Of a stretch of DNA of 64,000 nucleotides, positions 38,854-48,900 are shown in pieces. The position numbers were made by a program, and so were the translations under genes. Source of the stretch: a virus (taxonomy: Duplodnaviria; Caudoviricetes); IMG/VR virus record IMGVR_UViG_2814123268_000002, positions 1 through 64,000 of that record. One strand, given 5' to 3'. The notes under the pieces were generated by a model. That model did not search any database and was not told the DNA's origin. It saw only the letters and a list, made by a program, of their open reading frames with translations. Each line of letters opens with the position of its first letter. The stretch's first letter is position 1.

Positions 38854-40686
38854 TCATTGTTTCAATGCATAGTGGATCTTTTCCGCCAATGCGGCTGAAA
38901 TACCGGGCACTTTTGCAATCTCATCAATACTGGCATCGCGCAGCGGTTGCATTCCGCCCATATATTTGAGCAGCAACTGGCGCCGCTTGGGCCCAATGCC
39001 TTCAATAGACTCAAGCGCGCTGGTGCTGCGTACCTTAGCCCTTCTCTTCCGATGGCCGGCGATCGCATGGTTGTGCGACTCATCGCGGATATGCTGGATC
39101 AAATGTAGCGCCGGTGAGTCTGGCGGCAGGGAGAATCCCTCCCCCTGCGCCTCAAAGAACAGCGTCTCCAACCCCGCCTTGCGATCGCTCCCTTTGGCAA
39201 TTCCCAGCAGCAGCGGGCGATGTGTATCCCAAGGCACCTCCAGTTCAGCAAACACCTGCTTAGCCTGCCCCAGCTGCCCCTTGCCGCCGTCGATAAAAAT
39301 AATGTCGGGGATCTTCTCTTCGTTCAGTGCCTTGTCATAGCGACGACGCAGCACCTGGTCCATGGCGGCATAGTCATCTCCCGGGGTGATACCCTTGATA
39401 TTATAGCGCCGGTATTCACTGCGCAGCGGTCCATTGCGATCGAATACCACGCAGGAGGCCACTGTCTCCTCCCCCATGGTATGACTGATATCAAAACACT
39501 CCATGCGTTGAATATCCGCCCGTTGCAGCACCTGCTCCAGCTGCACCAGACGCTGCAGAATGGTCGACTGCTGGGAGAGCTTGCTGTTCAGGGCCGTTAC
39601 TGCGTTGGTACGCGCCAGCTTAAGGTAACGGGCACGATCGCCGCGCGGCTGTGACTGAATAGGGATCCTCCGCCCGGCCAGTTCGCTGATAGAGTCCGCC
39701 AGCAGCTTGCGATCCGGCAGGAGAAAGTCGATCAGGATCTCCCCCGGCAGCGTACGTATCTGGCTGCCCTGCAGGTAAAACTGGCCGACAAAGGTCTGCA
39801 GTACCTCAGCCAGCGTCGTACCGGCGGGAACCCGTGGAAAGTAGCTACGGCTGCCCAGCACCTGCCCATGACGAATAAACAGCACATGGATACAGGCCAT
39901 CCCCGCCTCAAAGGCGACGCCGATCACGTCGATATCCTCGTGATCGCCGGAGATAAACTGGCGCTCGGTCACCCTCCGCACCGCCTGGATCTGATCGCGC
40001 AGCCGCGCGGCCTCCTCAAAGCGCAGCGCCCGGCTGGCCTCCTCCATTCTGGCCACCAGCGCGTCGATCACCTGGCTGTCCTTCCCGGAGAGGAACAGCC
40101 GCACATACTCCACCTGACGGGCATACTCCCCATCGTTGACCAGCCCGGTGACGCAGGGCCCCAGACAGCGCTGGATCTGGTATTGCAGGCAGGGACGTGA
40201 ACGATTGCGGTAGACGCTGTCTTCACACTGGCGAATGGGGAATAGCTTCTGCAGCAGGGCCAGCGTCTCACGCACCGCGTTCGCGTTGGGAAAGGGGCCA
40301 AAATAGTCACCACGGGCGCGCCTAGCGCCGCGGTGTACCGCCAAACGCGGGTGGCGATCGGCGCTGAGAAAGATCAGAGGGTAGGATTTGTCGTCACGCA
40401 GCAGCACGTTATAGCGGGGTTGGTAACGCTTGATGTAATTGTGCTCCAGCAGCAGCGCCTCTGTTTCCGTGTGGGTCACGGTCACGTCGATCTGGGCTAT
40501 CTGACGTACAAGAGCTTCGGTTTTGCGACTGGCAAGCTGGCAGCGGAAGTAGCTGGAGAGGCGTTTTTTGAGATCTTTCGCCTTGCCGACATAAATAACC
40601 TCTGCCCCGGCATCGTACATCCGGTATACACCCGGTTGGTTGGTCACCGTCTTTAGAAAGGCGACCGCATCAAAGCGCTCACTCAC
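38854..40686 (-). CDS. uvrC: Excinuclease ABC subunit C
   Basis: GIY-YIG N-terminus (PGVYRM, YVGKAK), ECFDISH, HhH C-terminus. Confidence 0.98.
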   Translation of the reverse strand: MSERFDAVAFLKTVTNQPGVYRMYDAGAEVIYVGKAKDLKKRLSSYFRCQLASRKTEALVRQIAQIDVTVTHTETEALLLEHNYIKRYQPRYNVLLRDDKSYPLIFLSADRHPRLAVHRGARRARGDYFGPFPNANAVRETLALLQKLFPIRQCEDSVYRNRSRPCLQYQIQRCLGPCVTGLVNDGEYARQVEYVRLFLSGKDSQVIDALVARMEEASRALRFEEAARLRDQIQAVRRVTERQFISGDHEDIDVIGVAFEAGMACIHVLFIRHGQVLGSRSYFPRVPAGTTLAEVLQTFVGQFYLQGSQIRTLPGEILIDFLLPDRKLLADSISELAGRRIPIQSQPRGDRARYLKLARTNAVTALNSKLSQQSTILQRLVQLEQVLQRADIQRMECFDISHTMGEETVASCVVFDRNGPLRSEYRRYNIKGITPGDDYAAMDQVLRRRYDKALNEEKIPDIIFIDGGKGQLGQAKQVFAELEVPWDTHRPLLLGIAKGSDRKAGLETLFFEAQGEGFSLPPDSPALHLIQHIRDESHNHAIAGHRKRRAKVRSTSALESIEGIGPKRRQLLLKYMGGMQPLRDASIDEIAKVPGISAALAEKIHYALKQ

Positions 40687-41335
40687 TGCTCAAGATTTTC
40701 TCTGCGTTGCACAGCCCGTGACGGATAGCCAGGTGGGTTAACTCGACATCCCCGCTGATGTTCAGCTTGCTGAACATGCGGTAACGATAGCTGTTTACTG
40801 TTTTTGGACTCAGATTCAGCTGCTCAGAAATCTCTGTCACCTTGCTGCCTTTAGTGATCATCAGCATAATTTGCAACTCGCGCTCGGACAGAGATCCAAA
40901 CGGGGAATCTCCCTGCGGCGTCAGCTGGCTCAGCGCCATCTGCTGAGCAATATCAGAAGCGATATAGCGCTGACCGGCGTATACCGCCCGGATCGCGCTG
41001 ATCATCTCCTGTGGCGCAGCCCCTTTGCTCAGATAGCCGAACGCACCGGCCTGCATCACCTTCGCCGGCAGCGGATTTTCCGTATGAATGGTCAGCATGA
41101 TGACTTTTATATCCGATTTTACCCGCAGGATCTTACGTGTAGCCTCCAGCCCGCCGATGCCCGGCATGTTCATGTCCATCAATATGATATCTGCACAGTT
41201 ATTACGGCACCACTTCACTGCATCTTCGCCGCACTGCGCCTCGCCTACCACTTTAATCCCTTTGATATCTTCAAGAATGCGTCGGATCCCTGCGCGCACC
41301 AGTTCGTGGTCATCAACAAGAAGAACGCTGATCAA
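40679..41335 (-). CDS. uvrY: Response regulator UvrY/SirA
   Basis: [16 protein letters not shown], LuxR HTH; upstream of uvrC. Confidence 0.97.
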   Translation of the reverse strand: MISVLLVDDHELVRAGIRRILEDIKGIKVVGEAQCGEDAVKWCRNNCADIILMDMNMPGIGGLEATRKILRVKSDIKVIMLTIHTENPLPAKVMQAGAFGYLSKGAAPQEMISAIRAVYAGQRYIASDIAQQMALSQLTPQGDSPFGSLSERELQIMLMITKGSKVTEISEQLNLSPKTVNSYRYRMFSKLNISGDVELTHLAIRHGLCNAEKILSSE

Positions 41336-41900
41336 AGATGAATCTCCCAGCTAGAGGAAACAACAGCATACTTTTATACTAAACAGACTAAGTCTACTGT
41401 TTTTCGCCAAAAGAATGAATAGTGTAAATGTTATTTAATGCGGAAATCTTGATAAGGCGATTGACCATACTGATATCCTAGCGCACCGCCGTTGGATAAC
41501 AACATTTTTTAAAACCAATGAGTTACATAAAAATCGTTTAAAAACACTCCATTAAATCATAAACAGCCGCACAGAAAAACGTGGTTTTGATGCAGCCATA
41601 TAATACGCTGAATATAATCAGCGTATTGAGAAAATATACGACAAAAATGACTTAATGCTGCCATAGATAAATTGCGCGCCTGTCATCATGGTGTATACAA
41701 AAACGACACTTTTCTGTGTATATAAAGTAAAAAAATAAACAACGCTATAATTGAATCAATACCAGTAACGTTACCGCGCAATAAACCAGGTTTTGTGATA
41801 TACTCCGCTACCGATTTTGCTCTGCGTAATCGTTATTGCCCCCCAATGAACAGCCGTGTGCCACAGGCGAGCGGTATATTATCTGAACAAAAGGTAACTT

Positions 41901-42125
41901 ATGAGTAACGTTGATTTTTCTACCGAAGCGACCATTGAAGCCTTAACGCACGAAGTCACCTGCCTGAAAGCGACCCTGACCGAGATGCTCAAGGCGATGG
42001 GCCAGGCTGACGCCGGTAAAGTGATCATCAACATGGAAAAATACGCCGCCCGCATCGAGGATCAGGAGCAATCTGACGCCTTTAAGAAAACCATGGCGCA
42101 GATCAAGCACGTCTATCGTCAGTAA
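41901..42125 (+). CDS. yecF: DUF2594 protein YecF
   Basis: LTHEVTCLKATLT.MLKAMGQADAGKVI; divergent from uvrY. Confidence 0.88.
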   Translation: MSNVDFSTEATIEALTHEVTCLKATLTEMLKAMGQADAGKVIINMEKYAARIEDQEQSDAFKKTMAQIKHVYRQ

Positions 42126-42236
42126 CCGATTCCCGCCGATAACCGGGCGGAGCTCCCCGGCACTGCGGGTATCGTTGTCAATGACGCGCCCTGTTCAGGG
42201 GGATTCTCCGCCCCCCCCGCAAAGGAGTGCCGCGCA

Positions 42237-42552
42237 ATGGGACTCACCCTCAAAGCGCCGATCGGCGCACTGGCAGTAGCTTTCGCGCAGCAAAAGCTAC
42301 TATCTGGCAAGACTGGTGCCCATGTTCCCCACCTTCGCGCTGATCGCACACTACATCGTAGATCATGAACACAGCCTTGACACCCTGCGCCGCACGATCC
42401 TGTTCGGCATCTGGACCACCATTCCCTATCTTGTCTACCTGCTCTCGCTGTACCTGCTGCTTCCCCATATTCGTCTCTCCCTGGCACTGCTGGGCGCCAT
42501 CGTCGCCTAGGGGATCGCCGCCACGCTGCTGATCCTGCGGTGAGTGCATTGA
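42237..42552 (+). pseudogene. GlpM/YdgC-family membrane protein pseudogene
   Basis: MGLTLKAPIGAL, frameshift, then PMFPTFALIAHYIV...IPYLVYL, in-frame TAG at 42508 and TGA at 42541. Confidence 0.8.
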
Positions 42553-42569
42553 GCCACGCTCCCATCAGA

Positions 42570-43000
42570 AACGCGACGCGGCAGGCGCCATATGCGATCT
42601 TGATGTACCTGCCCCGAAATTGCCGTATTGGCCAGGGTCATGCCCATCGCCTGTAGCTGCTCTCCGAAAAACCACGGCAGCTCGCCCGGCATATAGCCGA
42701 TCGCTGACGTTTACCGGTCGGCGCTATCGGGGAAGCCGCAAGGACATCTCTCCGCTGCGGGCTATCCCCCTGAGCAAGAGTGAGAATCACCTCTGGACCA
42801 TGACAAATGGCGATCAGATAGCGATCGCGGCGCATGGTCCAGCGGATCGTCTCCGCCACATCGACGTCAGAAGGCTGGCTGAGAAGCGTGCCGGGAATAA
42901 ATACGCCGACGTAATCCTGCTCTTCCGCCGTCAACACTGGCAGAACATCCCACAGACGATGCAGGCGATGAAACTGAGGCTGATAACGCTGATACAGCAC
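42570..43000 (-). pseudogene. hchA: HchA (Hsp31/glyoxalase III) 3' remnant, frameshifted
   Basis: VFIPG...DVAETIRW..RDRYLIAICHGP then, in another frame, [19 protein letters not shown]...GQVHQDR, matching recalled HchA; boundaries approximate. Confidence 0.75.
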
Positions 43001-43204
43001 CTGAATCGACGTGGCCCCTGCCCCAAAGCCCGGTACCGATCAAAAAGCCACATATAGTGCTTCTATACTGAACAAACCACTAGAGACCTACCTCCTCACA
43101 GGGCTCGAAGTTCAACATTATGCTCTTGGACTACATCATTAAGACTGAAGAAAATGCCAAAATCATGAGCAAAAAACACAAAAAAATGATTATTTTTTGT
43201 ACGG

Positions 43205-43240
43205 TTTTGAGGAAGAGTTTTGGGGAAGTTTTGGGGAAAG
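43205..43240. repeat. ttttggggaa repeats, probable integrase arm sites
   Basis: ttttgaggaag/ttttggggaag/ttttggggaaag; another copy at 43590. Confidence 0.55.
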
Positions 43241-43305
43241 ATGTGCAGATCAAAAAGCCAACATAAAATTAACAATTTATGTTGGCCATATGTTAACAGA
43301 AAAAA

Positions 43306-43470
43306 TCACATATTGTCGATGATCGCGTCGCCAAACTCAGAGCATTTCAGCAACTTAGCGCCATCCATCAGACGTTCGAAGTCATAGGTCACGGTCTTAT
43401 TGGCGATCGCCCCTTCCATACCTTTAACAATCAGGTCCGCCGCTTCCGTCCAGCCCATGTGACGCAGCAG
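43306..43470 (-). pseudogene. icd: icd 3' fragment (165 bp), prophage att junction
   Basis: [54 protein letters not shown] stop = isocitrate dehydrogenase C-terminus. Confidence 0.93.
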
Positions 43471-43654
43471 TATATGAATCAAATCATGTTAATCAACTGA
43501 AATTAAAATAGTTTTTCCATCATTTAGGCCCAAAAATCGGTAAAGTCCCATGATCACAAATCGCAGCAATTACATATAGTTAGATTCGGTTTTGGGGAAT
43601 AGAATTTCCCCGATCTGAGCCGGGGATGTGTTGTGTACATTGCCTGTATACCGC

Positions 43655-44233
43655 TTACATAATGCGTGGCCTTTGGCCTGGCAGTAGCCGCTCATTAAGC
43701 GATCGTTCAACGTATGACAGGAAAGCGGCGCCATCGATAAATCTGTCGTACAGCCTTCCGGCAATCGGTGACTCCAGCTGGCGCAGGGCGGGATATATCC
43801 GCTCCCTCCATGCTGAGAAAATCTCCCGATAATGCAGGCTCAGTGCATTGATGTTGTAGGCGTCGATCTCTTCCCGGCTGATGGCCTTTTTTATAACGGT
43901 TGATTTTTTAATCAACCGTCTCTCGCAATCGATAAAATAGCGGCGGATCTGACGGCCCCTCTCGTTACGTTCAACCATCGCAAGCTCTTTAGCGGTGTCG
44001 AGAGTAAGGTGATAATCAGTAGTTGGGCGACCTCGTTTTATTATTTCCCGATTTTGGGAAATAATAATATAGTCTTGATTTTCAACAAATTCATACTCTG
44101 CAATGCGTTCGGTCACCCATGAGGCAAAGCGTTTGCCCACACCGAGAAACTTGTGCAGATCACGAGCGTTGCAAAGTAATGTGGATTCGTTAGAAATGGT
44201 TCCGTTAAAAACGGGGATGAGCTGAGTAGTCAT
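43655..44233 (-). CDS. AntA/AntB antirepressor
   Basis: CNARDLHKFLGV, FVENQDY, YHLTLDTAKELAMVERNERGRQIRRYFIDCE. Confidence 0.9.
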   Translation of the reverse strand: MTTQLIPVFNGTISNESTLLCNARDLHKFLGVGKRFASWVTERIAEYEFVENQDYIIISQNREIIKRGRPTTDYHLTLDTAKELAMVERNERGRQIRRYFIDCERRLIKKSTVIKKAISREEIDAYNINALSLHYREIFSAWRERIYPALRQLESPIAGRLYDRFIDGAAFLSYVERSLNERLLPGQRPRIM

Positions 44234-44277
44234 GACGACCTCGTGAATTTCTTTGAGATAACCACTTTTGAGGGTGG

Positions 44278-44356
44278 TGCCGGGAGGCTCAAAACGGCTT
44301 CACGAAACCGCGGACTTATTCCCCATAAGGGTGTTGTATTCGTCGCCCTCCCGACA
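44278..44356 (-). ncRNA. C4-like antisense RNA controlling antA/B
   Basis: Closing stem tgccgggagg/cctcccgaca; ctcaaaac and ttcacg segments complementary to flanking sites at 44242-44272 and 44440-44458. Confidence 0.6.
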
Positions 44357-44680
44357 TTGATCGGGGTGTGACCGCGCATAGCGCCATCACTAAACAACAG
44401 GCATAAAAAATCCAACACTGACGGGGTTGGTCTTAGCCGCGTGAAAAGAGGTTTTGAGTCCTCATGGTGGAGTATAGTCAGTATTGGATTACAGAGTCAA
44501 CCATGCATATGCCCGATACCCTCTTTGAACGCGGCAGCACGCTTACCGGTGAAACCCATGACCAGAAAGACGAAGCCGTCTTTGGTCATTTCGTAGTATT
44601 TGGAGTCCCGGTTTACCGCGCCAGCCTGGATGTTTTTCACGTGGGCTGAAAATTCAGCCGACGCAAATTCCGGGGAGCAA

Positions 44681-45995
44681 GAGCCTGTACATAAATTTGT
44701 GTAATTGCCTGATTTTGATATGTTCAATCCAACATCAAAAGCAGGTTACTTTATGAACGAAAAACAGTTGCAGGCTCTGGCTAACGAACTGGCCAAAAAT
44801 CTCAAAACCCCTGACGATCTCAGTCAGTTCGATCGCCTGCTGAAGAAAATCAGCGTTGAGGCGGCTCTCAACGCCGAAATGTCCCACCATCTGGGCTACG
44901 ATAAAAATCAGCCTAAACCGGGTGCCAACTCCCGCAATGGCTATTCCACAAAGACCGTTACCACCGGTGATGGCCCTCTGGAACTACGCACGCCGCGTGA
45001 TCGTGATGGCTCTTTCGAACCGCAACTGGTGAAGAAAAACCAGACCCGGATCACCGGTATGGATAACCAGATTTTATCGTTGTACGCCAAAGGGATGACC
45101 ACCCGCGAGATAGCGGCCGCGTTCAAAGAGCTGTATGACGCTGATGTCTCACCGGCGCTGGTCTCGAAGGTCACCGACGCCGTAATGGAGCAGGTTACCG
45201 AATGGCAGAATCGTCCACTGGATGCAGTCTATCCCATTGTTTACCTTGACTGTATCGTCCTGAAGGTCCGGCAGGACAGTCGCGTCATTAATAAATCCGT
45301 GTTCCTTGCCCTGGGTATCAACCTCGAAGGCCAGAAAGAACTGCTGGGTATGTGGCTGGCCGAAAACGAAGGCGCGAAGTTCTGGCTCAATGTGCTGACA
45401 GAGCTGAAGAATCGCGGCCTGAACGATATCCTCATCGCCTGTGTCGATGGTCTGAAAGGCTTCCCGGACGCGATCAATACGGTGTATCCGGAAGCCCGCA
45501 TCCAGCTGTGCATCGTGCATATGGTGCGTAACAGCCTGCGGTTCGTCTCCTGGAAGGACTACAAAGCCGTCACCCGCGACCTGAAAGCCATTTATCAGGC
45601 CCCCACGGAAGACGCAGGGCAGCAGGCGCTGGAAGCGTTCGCCAGCGCATGGGACAACCGCTACCCGCAGATAAGCCGTAGCTGGCAGACAAACTGGGCT
45701 AACCTGGCGACGTTCTTCGCTTACCCGGCAGACATCCGCAAGGTGATCTACACAACGAATGCTATCGAGTCGCTGAACAGCGTGATCCGGCATGCCATCA
45801 AAAAGCGTAAGGTGTTCCCGACGGACGAAGCAGTGAAAAAGGTGGTGTGGTTAGCGATCCAGGCGGCATCACAGAAATGGACCATGCCGCTGAGGGACTG
45901 GCGTATGGCAATGAGCCGCTTTATTATCGAGTTCGGTGATCGTCTGGACGGTCACTTCTGAGAAAAGGCATTTACACAGAATCGTGTACAGGGTC
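44681..45995 (+). mobile_element. IS256-family element (1315 bp, IS285/IS1414-like), copy 1
   Basis: IRs gagcctgtacataaatttgtgtaa / ttacacagaatcgtgtacagggtc; 8-bp TSD gggagcaa at 44673-44680 and 45996-46003. Confidence 0.97.
44753..45961 (+). CDS. IS256-family transposase
   Basis: PRDRDGSFEP, YLDCI, CVDGLKG, CIVHMVRN, YTTNAIESLN. Confidence 0.97.
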   Translation: MNEKQLQALANELAKNLKTPDDLSQFDRLLKKISVEAALNAEMSHHLGYDKNQPKPGANSRNGYSTKTVTTGDGPLELRTPRDRDGSFEPQLVKKNQTRITGMDNQILSLYAKGMTTREIAAAFKELYDADVSPALVSKVTDAVMEQVTEWQNRPLDAVYPIVYLDCIVLKVRQDSRVINKSVFLALGINLEGQKELLGMWLAENEGAKFWLNVLTELKNRGLNDILIACVDGLKGFPDAINTVYPEARIQLCIVHMVRNSLRFVSWKDYKAVTRDLKAIYQAPTEDAGQQALEAFASAWDNRYPQISRSWQTNWANLATFFAYPADIRKVIYTTNAIESLNSVIRHAIKKRKVFPTDEAVKKVVWLAIQAASQKWTMPLRDWRMAMSRFIIEFGDRLDGHF

Positions 45996-46187
45996 GGGAG
46001 CAATCCAGCGTTTCAATCTTCTGGATAACGTTCTTGTGCTGCTTGCCAAAGAACTCAGCCACCGCAGTGGACGTGGTGATGGGGCGGTGGTTTCGGATGA
46101 TGACACTGGGGGTATGTACAGAAAGCTGATGGGTCATTTTTCTGTGTCCTTTGTATTTGTTCAGATTTTCCCTGTGTTCAGCAGGGC

Positions 46188-46269
46188 GGTCGGGTACTTG
46201 AACACCGTACAAAGATCGGCCAGCAGTTTTCCCCTTGCGGGTGTTGTATGGTCTGCTCGCTACCCGGCC
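46188..46269 (-). ncRNA. C4-like antisense RNA controlling rha
   Basis: Stem ggtcgggta/tacccggcc; tgaacac and tacaaag complementary to sites at 46149-46180 and 46324-46341. Confidence 0.6.
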
Positions 46270-46401
46270 ATATCTGAAAGTATGGACACAAAAAATCCGC
46301 ATGGCTGTCGGGTGCGGAGGCCGCTTTGTAAGGTGTGTTCAGCACCTGAGCGGACTATACCCCCGGCATCGCGGATAAAACTAATTCCGATTTATGATAC
46401 T

Positions 46402-46950
46402 TTACTTATAAATCATAGAAGTGCAATAACTCTTCCAGCCCTGACCACACAGAGCCCCATTTGGCCCGCCACGCTCGATTAGCCTAATCCGCCCCGGCCG
46501 CAACGAAAAGCTTTCCGCTGCTGCAACTCGACTCTGCATCTGTTGAATTGTCATGTCCGTTAACCCGGAGAAATCCAACAGATTAATATCCTTGCTCCCC
46601 TCCAGCTCTGTCATATGGTCAAACACCTGGGCCTGCAGCTCGTAGCTATAGCTCATGGCCATCAGGCAAGCCTCACGCTTGGGAAAGCTATAAACCTGGC
46701 GCGTAGCCTGAGCCCCGTTGCCCGCAACGTAGGTATCATCAGCCAAAAATTTGGCCGATGTTTCCCCTAGGACTTTAGGGACCTTGGCGAGGAAATGCTT
46801 ATGCTGCAGCTTGCGATACTTCTTGCTAGGGAACGAAACACCATCAGCCCGAGCTTTTGATCTCCGATCAGCATTAATGTAATCGACCATCTCTAAACTG
46901 CTCATGGTCGGGGTTTCGCTATTGGGTAATGTGACTACAGATTTATTCAT
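46402..46950 (-). CDS. Rha-like/antirepressor protein (C-terminus probably truncated)
   Basis: PTMSSLEMVDYIN, HKHFLAKVPKVLG, FPKREACLMAMSYSYELQA. Confidence 0.75.
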   Translation of the reverse strand: MNKSVVTLPNSETPTMSSLEMVDYINADRRSKARADGVSFPSKKYRKLQHKHFLAKVPKVLGETSAKFLADDTYVAGNGAQATRQVYSFPKREACLMAMSYSYELQAQVFDHMTELEGSKDINLLDFSGLTDMTIQQMQSRVAAAESFSLRPGRIRLIERGGPNGALCGQGWKSYCTSMIYK

Positions 46951-46960
46951 ATCGATAGTT

Positions 46961-47134
46961 ACCTTATAGAAACAAGCCTCGTTGCCCAGAAACGCCGCCC
47001 ACAGAGAGGTCGCCACCTATAACGGCGGTTCTCCGAGGCCTGTTTCTATAAGGCTCTGTGTGATTGTTTGCGCCGGACATGGCGCAGATATAAAAAAACC
47101 ACCAACGCGGTAAGCGTCAGTGGCTTATTGATAC
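46961..47134 (-). promoter_or_regulatory. Structured RNA leader, copy 1
   Basis: 20-bp stem 46962-46981/47034-47053; homologous to 57888..58058. Confidence 0.7.
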
Positions 47135-47216
47135 TGTCTCCATTGATGACTGCTCCCCGCTCTGAAGACCGAGGTTTCCCGGGGGCATTCTGATGATCAC
47201 TCAGTCTATCTTCAGA

Positions 47217-48233
47217 CTACTTAATAGGGGCCGTTGCCTCAATAGACATCCGGTATCCGCCTGAGCGTGTTCCTCTGGCCACCACACGATCGATGGACAT
47301 CGCACCCGCCATACCATTCGGAAACGACTCATCCAGCGTGATGGGGCTTTCTGCCGCCAGATACGGATCACCCGGGACATCCAGAGTGATCCGCCTTTTT
47401 TCCCTCACGTTCTTTCGACTGTATCCCGCCAGTGCCTGCCGTGCCTGCTGCTCATTGATATACAGGGCAGGCAGACGTCGGTAGGGTGAGCGCCCTGACT
47501 TCACTTCATGCACCGTGCCAGTTGCATCATCCTGCCATCGGGCAATCATGCCGCCAGCGCTGTGTCGCTGAGGCATATCCAGCTCGCAGTTAATAAAACG
47601 CGGGGTGCCGGGACGATTATCCGGAGGAACCCGCAGCGTCACCGGCTCCATCTCTTTGCCACTGATCGTCGTCGTCCGCCCACGTAAGGCCAGCACATAC
47701 AGACCATCCATCGGCTTTGCCACGGCATCGAACTCCTTGGCCAGGCGTGTCAGGAAAGCAGCATCCGTTTCATCGGTCTGATCGACATGCCCCAATGGGA
47801 TGGCATCAAGTTCGGGATCAACACGCGGCGTCATGTCATGCGCCTGCACCACCTCCCGGAACAACTGCCCTAACGTCGGGGAATCCCAGCTGCGAGTGCG
47901 CCGCTCCTTAAAGCCTGTCTCATCTTTTCCGGTGAAAGGAGCCGACGTGGCGACGATGGTTAACCTGCGCGGAAACAGTCGTGGCGTGATACGGGTGATC
48001 GTAAAGTCCCCGATGCGTACCGCCCCTATCTCCTGATACCCCTCAAACCACGTCAGCCGCTGCCCCTCCTCTGGGAGTCCATCAACGCCTTCGACGTTAA
48101 CCACCAGTGTCAGCTGGTCACTCTGATGACCGGAAGCATCGACACGATCAAATGACTCCAAGCGGGCATTGATCATCTTACTCCCCGGCCCCTCACAGTA
48201 ATGCACCGGTGTGGTACCCAGTCTCAGCTCCAT
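47217..48233 (-). CDS. Late control / baseplate hub protein (gpD-like)
   Basis: SDQLTL, VDQTDETDAAFLTRLA. Confidence 0.88.
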   Translation of the reverse strand: MELRLGTTPVHYCEGPGSKMINARLESFDRVDASGHQSDQLTLVVNVEGVDGLPEEGQRLTWFEGYQEIGAVRIGDFTITRITPRLFPRRLTIVATSAPFTGKDETGFKERRTRSWDSPTLGQLFREVVQAHDMTPRVDPELDAIPLGHVDQTDETDAAFLTRLAKEFDAVAKPMDGLYVLALRGRTTTISGKEMEPVTLRVPPDNRPGTPRFINCELDMPQRHSAGGMIARWQDDATGTVHEVKSGRSPYRRLPALYINEQQARQALAGYSRKNVREKRRITLDVPGDPYLAAESPITLDESFPNGMAGAMSIDRVVARGTRSGGYRMSIEATAPIK

Positions 48234-48430
48234 ACCCCCTCCCTTTCCTTCGGCGCACTGGGTGGCGCCTCCGGCATCGTAATCACCACCCCGGCGGGCA
48301 GTATCAGGCCATAGTCATGCAGGTGTGGATTCAGCCTGTAGACTCTCTCCTCAATGGCATCATCATCCCGGCCAAGCAAGCGCCAGGTCAGCAGCCCTAC
48401 CGTATCGCCATCTGCTGTCCGGACTCTCAT
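48224..48430 (-). CDS. Tail protein X (LysM-like)
   Basis: GDTVGLL..R..G, LNPHL, LPAGVVITMP, VW. Confidence 0.88.
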   Translation of the reverse strand: MRVRTADGDTVGLLTWRLLGRDDDAIEERVYRLNPHLHDYGLILPAGVVITMPEAPPSAPKEREGVWS

Positions 48431-48900
48431 CGGCGCTGACTCCCCAGTGATGGATTGGCAAACTCACACAGCGAGATCGTAATATCCTGCACCACACAGG
48501 TTCCGTTATGGATCATCTGCTCCCCCTTCACCTCAAACGTCCGCAGGACATACTGTCCATAGCTTGAGCCATCCCCACGAACCAGAGTGCGGGGCCTGGC
48601 CTCATCACGGATCTTTTTCAGGTTTTCGATCTGCATCTCGCCATCGGTTGAGTACCAACGGCCTGTGAATGTGACCGTATCCAGCTTACGCCCTGTCTGT
48701 TGCAAGAGAGGCAGCTCATTTAACAGCGGGACCTCCACCCAGCCGCCATCCAGGCTACGGGAAATACCGCTAAGCGGGTTGCCTCCGGACATAGAGAAGT
48801 TATAGTCACCCCAGCTAAACTGCTTATCTGGTTTGGCCATCGCTTGGTTTAAAAATAAACCGGCGCCCAGATTGGCCAGAAATGAGGTTGAAATGGCCAT
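48427..48900 (-). CDS. Tail protein gpU-like
   Basis: LQQTG, TVTFTG, LVRGDG.SYGQYV. Confidence 0.8.
   Translation of the reverse strand: MAISTSFLANLGAGLFLNQAMAKPDKQFSWGDYNFSMSGGNPLSGISRSLDGGWVEVPLLNELPLLQQTGRKLDTVTFTGRWYSTDGEMQIENLKKIRDEARPRTLVRGDGSSYGQYVLRTFEVKGEQMIHNGTCVVQDITISLCEFANPSLGSQRR

Larger units (their letters stand above)
44497..46137 (-). pseudogene. Rha-family regulator interrupted by IS256
   Basis: MTHQLSV...VAEFFGKQHKNVIQKIETLDCS, IS, then PEFASAEFS...YEMTKDGFVFLVMGFTGKRAAAFKE; C-terminus also appears truncated. Confidence 0.85.

Noticed and set aside
41602-41627. Palindrome aatacgctga/tcagcgtatt in the uvrY-yecF intergenic region
   Set aside because: Plausible regulator site, but no recognisable consensus and nothing further to support a call
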